From a virus (Duplodnaviria; Caudoviricetes): 59,356 nucleotides of DNA. A program made the position numbers and the translations under genes. The stretch spans positions 1 to 59,356 of IMG/VR virus record IMGVR_UViG_3300010234_000013, one strand, 5' to 3'. The notes under the pieces are model-generated. The model searched no databases and was not told where the DNA came from. It saw nothing but the letters and a program-made list of their open reading frames with translations. Below, piece after piece: positions 48,989-56,368 of this stretch (position 1 is its first letter; every line of letters begins with the position of its first letter).

Positions 48989-49897
48989 ATGAAGCACTCA
49001 GAACTAGAAGATTTAATCCGCAAGAAGCTCACAATACTTGATACATCGCACGTTGTATTTTACAAGGCTGTAAAGGACATAGAAGAAAACCTTTTAAAGA
49101 AGGTGATAGCCTATCTAAAAAGATTCACAACCAAGTCTGGAAAGTTGGATCGGAAAAGCAGGTCAAATAAAAACTTGCTAATTGAATTCAATAAACAAAT
49201 CAAGAGAATATTATTCGGGTCTAAGTTGAAAAAAGAAACCGGAAAGTTTCTCAAAAATTTCGATGAAATAGAAAACATAAGCCTGGATATACTGAAAGGC
49301 GTAAATGGTATAGACATTAAAAAACTAAAATTATCAACAGAAAAAAAGTTAGCAGTCGAAGCGATAACGGATGGTCTTTTAAAAGGAACTTCTTTAAATC
49401 GAGAAATCGGAAAACCAATAAGGAAAATATTATATCGGCATGTTACAAGAGGTACATCTATATCTGTAGCGGAAAAAGAATTAAAAGCGTTCATTGCAGG
49501 CAGTAACGGAAAGTTGGGTAAAGTATCTGGTTATGTCCGACAAATAGCAACGGATACGCTAAATAGGTATGACGGTACAATTAATCAAAAGGCATCCGAT
49601 GAATTTGATATGGATGGTTTTAGATTTATAGGAAGTCTTATAGAAACATCAAGAACCAATTGCATTCAAATGGTAGATGGAACCGGATCATTGGGAAAGT
49701 TCAAAAAGAATGGAAAGTATAGAAAGAAAGACATAAAAAAGATAATAGCCATTGCCAAGAATCGTCCAGGATGGAAGGCAGGAACTAACGAATCCAACTA
49801 TTTTATCAATAGGAATGGGTATAGTTGCCGGCATACGATTATTCCAACAATATTATTAAGTAAGGACAAAGACAGCTTTGACGAAAATGTGAATTAG
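48989..49897 (+). CDS. Minor head protein (MuF/SPP1 gp7-like)
   Basis: FIGS..TSRTNC and NRNGYSCRHTIIP motifs; between portal and scaffold. Confidence 0.7.
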   Translation: MKHSELEDLIRKKLTILDTSHVVFYKAVKDIEENLLKKVIAYLKRFTTKSGKLDRKSRSNKNLLIEFNKQIKRILFGSKLKKETGKFLKNFDEIENISLDILKGVNGIDIKKLKLSTEKKLAVEAITDGLLKGTSLNREIGKPIRKILYRHVTRGTSISVAEKELKAFIAGSNGKLGKVSGYVRQIATDTLNRYDGTINQKASDEFDMDGFRFIGSLIETSRTNCIQMVDGTGSLGKFKKNGKYRKKDIKKIIAIAKNRPGWKAGTNESNYFINRNGYSCRHTIIPTILLSKDKDSFDENVN

Positions 49898-49935
49898 TAA
49901 TAATTCATTACCACCTTATAATGAATATACATTTG
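49896..49935 (+). promoter_or_regulatory. Late promoter motif
   Basis: AGTAATAAT at 49896, TACATTTG at 49928. Confidence 0.8.
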
Positions 49936-49960
49936 TTGAAAATAAATTTCAAATACAATT

Positions 49961-50320
49961 ATGGCAAATAAGCACACGGTTAAGCTAGTGAAAGTGCATT
50001 GGGATAGAGTAGGCAACAGGGCTTTTGAACCCAATCATGCGGAAATAGTTTTTTGCACTCAAGCAAGTGCAGCAAACAACCTAAGAAGAAGCAAGGGGAA
50101 ACCGAACCCTTTGTGGATGGATATTGATTCTGCAAAAAGAAGAGGTATACAAATAGATGTTCAGGAAGAAACGGCACATGAAGCTGAAGAAGTGGTGGAA
50201 GAGGTGGCTGAAGAAACAATAGAAGAAGATGTACAAGAAACTGTACAAGAGACAACAGAAGAAACGAAGCCTACGACAAAAAGAGCAAGAAGGCCAAAGG
50301 CTAAAAAATATCAAAAATAA
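49961..50320 (+). CDS. Hypothetical protein with acidic then basic tail
   Basis: EE-rich stretch followed by KRARRPKAKK. Confidence 0.6.
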   Translation: MANKHTVKLVKVHWDRVGNRAFEPNHAEIVFCTQASAANNLRRSKGKPNPLWMDIDSAKRRGIQIDVQEETAHEAEEVVEEVAEETIEEDVQETVQETTEETKPTTKRARRPKAKKYQK

Positions 50321-50342
50321 CATAGGATAAAAACAACATAAC

Positions 50343-51239
50343 ATGGAAAACATTAAAGCATTCTTAGAAGGAATACATGTCGATTCTAAGATTTTAGAAA
50401 AGCTTCAAGCAGAAGAAGTGATACCAGGAGAAGAAATGGAAGGAATAACCGAAGCTTACATCGAAGGGCGTAATAGTTATTATGAATCTCAGAACCTATC
50501 AAGGATCCAATCGGATTCTAAAAAATCGGGAATATCATCATATCAAATAAACGAAAGAAAGAAATGGAATAAGATATTGGGTTTGGGTTTGTCAAACTCC
50601 CAAATGGATGAATATTCAGACAATATGGATGACTATTATAAGGTCATTGACAAGGCTTTAAAGACACGTACAGACGAATTAAAGAATGATGTGAGCCAAG
50701 CAACGAAAGATGAAATAGACAGGCTTAGAACGCAACTATCTGAAGAGTCCGAAAAGCGTGAATTGTTAGAAAATAGCAAGGAAGAATTTGAAACGAACTT
50801 GAGAACGGAATACGCACAAAAGCAGCAACTTACAAATGCTAAATCTAAGTATTCCAGACTAGAAGCAGAGGTAAGAAAGAGCTTGGTTTCTGATCTTCCA
50901 GGTGATACACTGGATAGGCTCTTGAAGTCATATGAAAATGAGCTATTCAATTCTTATAAGGTGAACGAGGACTTAACCATATTGGATAAAGAAACAGGTG
51001 GTAAGGCGAAACATTTAGATCCTAATATCAAGAATGTGCCGAAACACGCAAAAGATATTTTGGAATGGCAGGTAAGGGATTTGATAAAGAAAAACAATGC
51101 AGGGGAAAAACCAAAAGTATTGAATGTTGGAAAAGATCAACCGATAATCAGAACGGACGGAAAAGAAACCAAGTTATCTAAGGCTGCAATGGATAAATAT
51201 AACAGATATAAAGATCAAGGAGTAGAATTGAACGCTTAA
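50343..51239 (+). CDS. Putative capsid scaffold protein
   Basis: Charged coiled coil directly upstream of capsid gene. Confidence 0.65.
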   Translation: MENIKAFLEGIHVDSKILEKLQAEEVIPGEEMEGITEAYIEGRNSYYESQNLSRIQSDSKKSGISSYQINERKKWNKILGLGLSNSQMDEYSDNMDDYYKVIDKALKTRTDELKNDVSQATKDEIDRLRTQLSEESEKRELLENSKEEFETNLRTEYAQKQQLTNAKSKYSRLEAEVRKSLVSDLPGDTLDRLLKSYENELFNSYKVNEDLTILDKETGGKAKHLDPNIKNVPKHAKDILEWQVRDLIKKNNAGEKPKVLNVGKDQPIIRTDGKETKLSKAAMDKYNRYKDQGVELNA

Positions 51240-51244
51240 CAATT

Positions 51245-51284
51245 GGTAATAATCGAAAACATAAAATAATAATATATAACATTG
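51245..51284 (+). promoter_or_regulatory. Late promoter motif
   Basis: GGTAATAAT at 51245, TAACATTG at 51277. Confidence 0.7.
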
Positions 51285-51435
51285 TTCTATAGGGGATGGA
51301 AAACCCCAAACAATTAAACCAAAAAACAAATAGGACAAGCTGAGTCCATCGAATTAAACGCACAAAAAGCGGATAATTTGCCTTCCACTCTAATTAGGCA
51401 TTACATTTTTTTGAATACAATTAAAATATAATATA

Positions 51436-52548
51436 ATGCCTTTAACAGCAGGAACTAAGGCACCGCAATTTTGTCTAAATTCGCAAATATCGGTAGACAA
51501 TTTTGACACTGCGCCTTTAAAATTAAGACAAAAGACGGGTTTCCTAAATAAAGTATTATCGCCTGATAATAACGCAGATTGGAACCAAATCACAACTTCA
51601 CCTATTGGTGGAAAGGCTGCACCAGGTGGAACAAATACCGGACAAGCAGTTGAAACAACAATAGAATACAGAACGCCATATTGTGCAGGTGGAACCACTC
51701 CAGGTTCAGCTTCAGAAATATGTGCGGTTACTGGATCGAACACGGAAGAAAAAGGATATCTATATGTAGATGTAGATAAATTTGTAGAAAGAAGTTTTGA
51801 TGTAGACCTTGCGGATTTTGACGCAACATGTGAAGCTCCTAATGATCGAATTGCCGATCAGATAGCGAGAAAAGCATACGAGATGCGAAGAGAAATCAAT
51901 TCAGATGGAATCGACGATTATCATGGTGTGTTATCCGCTTATCCGGTTTCTGGATTAACTCCAACGGGCGCAAACCTTCAGGATATTAATGTAATATCTG
52001 ATGAAGGAAACATCATAAACGCAGGTTTCGCGAAAGCAAGAGGAACGTTTAGACATGCTCTTTGGGATGGTGGCGTTCAAATGGTTGGTGGAAATAGAAT
52101 GGGTACTTACTTTGATGTAAGAGCAATGCAAGGACTTTCACACAGAAGGGGCGCTGATGGAACTTTAGAAGATCCTTTTTCAAATACTGAATTTGCTTTT
52201 GATCTTGACCTTGATTCAAGAATTGGAACTTTAGAGTCTGCTTCAGATTCTTATGTTTTGGCTTGGGCCGATGGTGCTTTCGGAATGGTAGAATGGATGG
52301 AGAATACAGCATACAAGAATTATGTGTTTGAAGATCATATTAGAGATACTATAACAGTCGATGGAATGGAGTTTGATTATTTCGTTCACTTCGATAAGTG
52401 TACTACTCCAAAGTGGAGGGTAATGTTGAGAAAATATTACGGTTGGATGGCAATTCCTGATACTGCTTATTGCAACAACAACGGCTTGAGATTTATGTAT
52501 AAGTCAACAGCAGGTGCAATAACAAGTACACATTTAGATCCGGCTTAA
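51436..52548 (+). CDS. Putative major capsid protein
   Basis: 370 aa, after scaffold, own promoter and terminator. Confidence 0.7.
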   Translation: MPLTAGTKAPQFCLNSQISVDNFDTAPLKLRQKTGFLNKVLSPDNNADWNQITTSPIGGKAAPGGTNTGQAVETTIEYRTPYCAGGTTPGSASEICAVTGSNTEEKGYLYVDVDKFVERSFDVDLADFDATCEAPNDRIADQIARKAYEMRREINSDGIDDYHGVLSAYPVSGLTPTGANLQDINVISDEGNIINAGFAKARGTFRHALWDGGVQMVGGNRMGTYFDVRAMQGLSHRRGADGTLEDPFSNTEFAFDLDLDSRIGTLESASDSYVLAWADGAFGMVEWMENTAYKNYVFEDHIRDTITVDGMEFDYFVHFDKCTTPKWRVMLRKYYGWMAIPDTAYCNNNGLRFMYKSTAGAITSTHLDPA

Positions 52549-52600
52549 TCAAGATAGTTGTTTTCCTATTTCTTGTTAAATTTTGCTTTGTCATGAGAGG

Positions 52601-52630
52601 GAGGGTTCTTAATCGAACCCTCTTTTTTTT
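52601..52630 (+). terminator. Intrinsic terminator
   Basis: GAGGGTTC-ttaatc-GAACCCTC-T8. Confidence 0.85.
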
Positions 52631-52670
52631 GGTAACAATCAAAGCCAATGTCCTATCGGTATTAAATTCG
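52631..52670 (+). promoter_or_regulatory. Late promoter motif
   Basis: GGTAACAAT at 52631, TAAATTCG at 52663. Confidence 0.8.
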
Positions 52671-52674
52671 TACT

Positions 52675-53730
52675 ATGCGTATAAATGAAATTTCATCTTG
52701 TCTATCCTCATTAATAGGATTGCGCGGAACTTGTGAAACTTATGACACTGAAGTATACATAGATGACCTTCCAGGAATCAATTTGGTAAATCTTGAAGAT
52801 ACTGTAGATGGGCTTAGAACAACGGCATCAGAGTTATTTACAAAGGTTGTGAATTTAGCAGAAAGACAAGTAACGCATGACTTTTCTTCAAGGATAAGAC
52901 AGGACTTTAATATCAAATCAATACTTAGCGATCATTCAATAAGACTAAGTGGTAACGATACAACATACGGTGGTGTAGATGAATTTCTATCCATCAAGAT
53001 CAAAAGAAATGGTTTTGATAAGTTTCAAGGGATAAGAACATTCAATTTGGGAATAAACGTGGATCGTGTTGTAGCTGATAAAAAATTCTATGTAGTTACC
53101 TCAAATAAGGATTCGTACACACCCCAAACGTTTAATCTGGTAAAAGGTTATAATAAAGTAGCAATAGATATTCATTCCGCTGCTGAAGAAGTAAAAATTT
53201 ACTTCGATGTATGCAACATGAAGGTTGGCAAACGAAGTGCTTCATCTTCGCATAATTGCGGAAATTGTATCAGTACTTGTGCGTGTTATGATTACTCAAA
53301 GTATGGTCTTAGTGTAACTTGTGAAATAGGCACACAGGAAGAAGAAGGTGGTGCAATTACATGGGTGGATACAACAGCATTTGGATTTGATCTTGATATT
53401 CAAAGATATGCATCAAAGGAATTGATAGCGTGTTACTTTGCACATGATTTGCTTATGCCTATGCTTTATAAAAGTGGGATTACTTTCTTGTTAGAAATGT
53501 CAAGTACAAGCAGAATCAATGATTATACGACTAATAATAAAAGCCAAGTCCAGGATCTATTGTTAAGATGGAATGGTGGTCAAGATTTTAGCACAGGAAT
53601 AAACCACAAAAGCGAATATTGGCGATACCTTACAAGTTCCATCGATAGTTTGAAATATACTATTCATGATATGCATGACACTGAAATATTTATAAATCAA
53701 GGTACGAGGGTTTCAAATTCGTTACCATAA
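52675..53730 (+). CDS. Putative head-tail adaptor protein, Cys-rich
   Basis: Follows capsid; CGNCISTCAC cluster. Confidence 0.55.
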   Translation: MRINEISSCLSSLIGLRGTCETYDTEVYIDDLPGINLVNLEDTVDGLRTTASELFTKVVNLAERQVTHDFSSRIRQDFNIKSILSDHSIRLSGNDTTYGGVDEFLSIKIKRNGFDKFQGIRTFNLGINVDRVVADKKFYVVTSNKDSYTPQTFNLVKGYNKVAIDIHSAAEEVKIYFDVCNMKVGKRSASSSHNCGNCISTCACYDYSKYGLSVTCEIGTQEEEGGAITWVDTTAFGFDLDIQRYASKELIACYFAHDLLMPMLYKSGITFLLEMSSTSRINDYTTNNKSQVQDLLLRWNGGQDFSTGINHKSEYWRYLTSSIDSLKYTIHDMHDTEIFINQGTRVSNSLP

Positions 53731-53742
53731 AAACAACTAACA

Positions 53743-53862
53743 ATGGGATGTTCAGCATGTAAGAAAAAGAAGTTACAGGCCAAATCCGGAAAGGTAGAAC
53801 CAAAAGTTTCTGTTACTAAAATGAACGGGAAAATATATACAGTAACCATACCTAAAAAATAG
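53743..53862 (+). CDS. 39-aa basic CxxC peptide
   Basis: Manual translation MGCSACKKKKLQAKSGKVEPKVSVTKMNGKIYTVTIPKK; stop abuts next ATG. Confidence 0.55.
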   Translation: MGCSACKKKKLQAKSGKVEPKVSVTKMNGKIYTVTIPKK

Positions 53863-54339
53863 ATGCCTACATTTACAGGAAGTATAGAACAAGTATTTGC
53901 CAAAATGGAAAGGGGTTTCGATTGTCTGGAAGAGAATTTGGATGAAATCGCATTGCCTGTAATGAAGGCTTTGGAAGGTGCAATGACGCAAAGAATACAC
54001 AATGAAGGTAAAAAATCCGATGGTTCTTCGATAGGTACATATTCAGCCAGGTATGCCAAGTATAGACAATCTAAGGGCCGACAAACTGGATATGTTGACT
54101 TAGAAGATACATCAACGCTTAGAAGTGCATTACAGACAGGAGAAGTAAATGGAAAGCCTGTATTGATGTTGAATCCAAATGTAGGGTACGAAAAGAGCAG
54201 CAAGAGGGCCAAAGAAATAGCAGGATACCATGAAGAACATTATGGTGAATTGTATAAGCCAACGAACGAGGAAATGGATGAGGTAAAAGAAATAGTAAAG
54301 CTACAACTCAAGAAACAGGTAAAGGAGTGTTTTAGGTAA
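53863..54339 (+). CDS. Neck/tail completion protein
   Basis: RIH.EG...YS..YAKYR..KGRQ..VDL..T..L motif. Confidence 0.65.
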   Translation: MPTFTGSIEQVFAKMERGFDCLEENLDEIALPVMKALEGAMTQRIHNEGKKSDGSSIGTYSARYAKYRQSKGRQTGYVDLEDTSTLRSALQTGEVNGKPVLMLNPNVGYEKSSKRAKEIAGYHEEHYGELYKPTNEEMDEVKEIVKLQLKKQVKECFR

Positions 54340-54342
54340 AAT

Positions 54343-54717
54343 CTAATCCAGGTCTATTTCAAAATCCAATTCATCCGCATCGCTATCATAATCTTCAAGT
54401 AACAATCTTTTAATATCATCGCCTGAAAAAATAGTATCTTCTTCTTTGTAAGAAATCATGGTCGCTTTCAAATCATCGTAAATTGTACGCAATTCACCTT
54501 CAAGAATAGTTTCAATGGAATCATCATAACTGAGATCATGGAGAATTCTAGAAAAGTGAAGTTTGTGGATATGGTATTTTTTAACTATTTCTAAGAAGGA
54601 TTTATTAGAAGTAGTATCCAGTAATGATTTAAAGCCAAGTAATACTATAAGGCGGTTTAATTCATACGGATATGAATAAAGAATTTTTTGTACATGCTTA
54701 GAAGTCTTCTTGTTCAA
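54343..54717 (-). CDS. Antisense hypothetical protein (start uncertain)
   Basis: Fills a gap in the plus-strand operon; acidic C-terminus. Confidence 0.4.
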   Translation of the reverse strand: MNKKTSKHVQKILYSYPYELNRLIVLLGFKSLLDTTSNKSFLEIVKKYHIHKLHFSRILHDLSYDDSIETILEGELRTIYDDLKATMISYKEEDTIFSGDDIKRLLLEDYDSDADELDFEIDLD

Positions 54718-55182
54718 ATCAAAGATAAGTTACTACTAAATAATGAAGTATTTGGTACAAATGGTTTTGTATACACCAAAACATTAGAAAAAACATCGGG
54801 CGTAAGTGATAAATATGCCAATCAAGTATTTTTCAAAATACTGGAACAGTCAAATAAACAATACGAAATAACCAAAATATCAGAGCCGAATCTTTATAGC
54901 GTTTCGGCAAATATGCGATGTGTAATTCAGATCCAAAGCGATATTGATATTACAACATCCATGAACAGCATATTGTATCAACTTGATGAATGGGAAGAGG
55001 TGGCAATATCATCAGCAACGGCAGACAATCAACATGTAAGGGAATTGGAAGAAATAGAAGACGGAGTAATAAGGGATTTCAATTTAGCGGTTATCGACTT
55101 TGAGATTTCCGATGAATTGAGTTTTCGGACTTGCGACCCTATATGTTTTCCTGAATCCAGGATAAAGTTAAAAAACAGCTAA
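54694..55182 (+). CDS. Putative tail terminator-like protein
   Basis: Size and position in neck cluster. Confidence 0.45.
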   Translation: MLRSLLVQIKDKLLLNNEVFGTNGFVYTKTLEKTSGVSDKYANQVFFKILEQSNKQYEITKISEPNLYSVSANMRCVIQIQSDIDITTSMNSILYQLDEWEEVAISSATADNQHVRELEEIEDGVIRDFNLAVIDFEISDELSFRTCDPICFPESRIKLKNS

Positions 55183-55596
55183 ATGGGAATATTTGAAATA
55201 ACGGAAATGGTAATGTCCTATCACTTCTTAAGTTATCTGGTGGTGGTTTTGATAAGTGCATTTGTTTCGTCAAGGATAGCTAAGATGCTAGATTTTGGAA
55301 TGAACCCCTATCATTTGCTTTGGTTTGTCAAAAAGTTCCTTGTAGGAATATTAAGCAACCAATACATTGAGTATAGGTATGACTTAACATATGATCAGAA
55401 TTATGAAGCAATGTCAGATGCCTATGAAAGCATATCCAAAGATTATTTTGTGTTGCGCCTTATCAATTGCGTGTACTGCATGACCGTATGGGTTAGCATA
55501 ATTGTAACAATAGCATTATTAATACTTACACAACTACATTGTTCATTATTGGTAATTGTGCCAATAGTAGCATTCTATATGACCGAAAAATTATGA
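55183..55596 (+). CDS. Membrane protein with CxxCxxxW motif (DUF1360-like)
   Basis: LINCVYCMTVWVS flanked by TM helices. Confidence 0.6.
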   Translation: MGIFEITEMVMSYHFLSYLVVVLISAFVSSRIAKMLDFGMNPYHLLWFVKKFLVGILSNQYIEYRYDLTYDQNYEAMSDAYESISKDYFVLRLINCVYCMTVWVSIIVTIALLILTQLHCSLLVIVPIVAFYMTEKL

Positions 55597-55943
55597 TGAT
55601 AAGGAAGTTAAACGAATGTACATTTGCGGTGAATTTAGAAGCATCTAGTTGTGATATTGTAGACATTCCATTCGTTGCTACGGAAACAAAAGTTTATTAC
55701 ATAAGATTTAAGATAAACGGCATCAATAGGATATTTCCATTATTCGGAAAAGTAGGCAACAACCTTGCAATTTTGATAACGGATTTCCCTAAAAACAGGG
55801 AAGTAATAATAGAGGTTATGGAGGATGACGAAGTAGTAACTGATACTGGATTACCGCGTGTATTTGGTAACAATCGAAATTATAGCGCGGATGACGATAT
55901 TTTTGCTTACATAACTAATAATACAAATCTAGATCATCCATAA
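55593..55943 (+). CDS. Hypothetical virion protein
   Basis: Coupled ORF. Confidence 0.5.
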   Translation: MMIRKLNECTFAVNLEASSCDIVDIPFVATETKVYYIRFKINGINRIFPLFGKVGNNLAILITDFPKNREVIIEVMEDDEVVTDTGLPRVFGNNRNYSADDDIFAYITNNTNLDHP

Positions 55944-56368
55944 TGGCATATCCTTATAATATACCAGACGTTTCAGGTGTTCTTACAAGTGCCGAATGGG
56001 TACAAAATCAAGATACCATAAACAATATTGCCACCCTATTAGAGGCTTTAGAATCAACGGATTCTTTATTTACGAGGTATAAGGAAGAATTTGTAACAAG
56101 TGCCGATGAATCCATTACAATTACTGTTAATTCAGGCACATTGCCATCGAATTTGGATGATATAGATGTATTTATGGATGGAGCCGAAATATCCAGGCTT
56201 GCAGGTGAACTTCGTTGGTCTGTTTCGGGTTCTGTCATAACTTTTTTAGAATATACAATAGACGGTACATTGGTTGGGAACTTTTCACATACCGGATATG
56301 TATTTGTTAAGTTCTTTTCACCATTTGATTTTACAATTGTTGCACCATTAGAAGTAGTATGCGGATAA
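55943..56368 (+). CDS. Putative fibre-associated protein
   Basis: IDVFMDG...WSVSGSVITF pattern; overlaps fibre start. Confidence 0.5.
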   Translation: MAYPYNIPDVSGVLTSAEWVQNQDTINNIATLLEALESTDSLFTRYKEEFVTSADESITITVNSGTLPSNLDDIDVFMDGAEISRLAGELRWSVSGSVITFLEYTIDGTLVGNFSHTGYVFVKFFSPFDFTIVAPLEVVCG

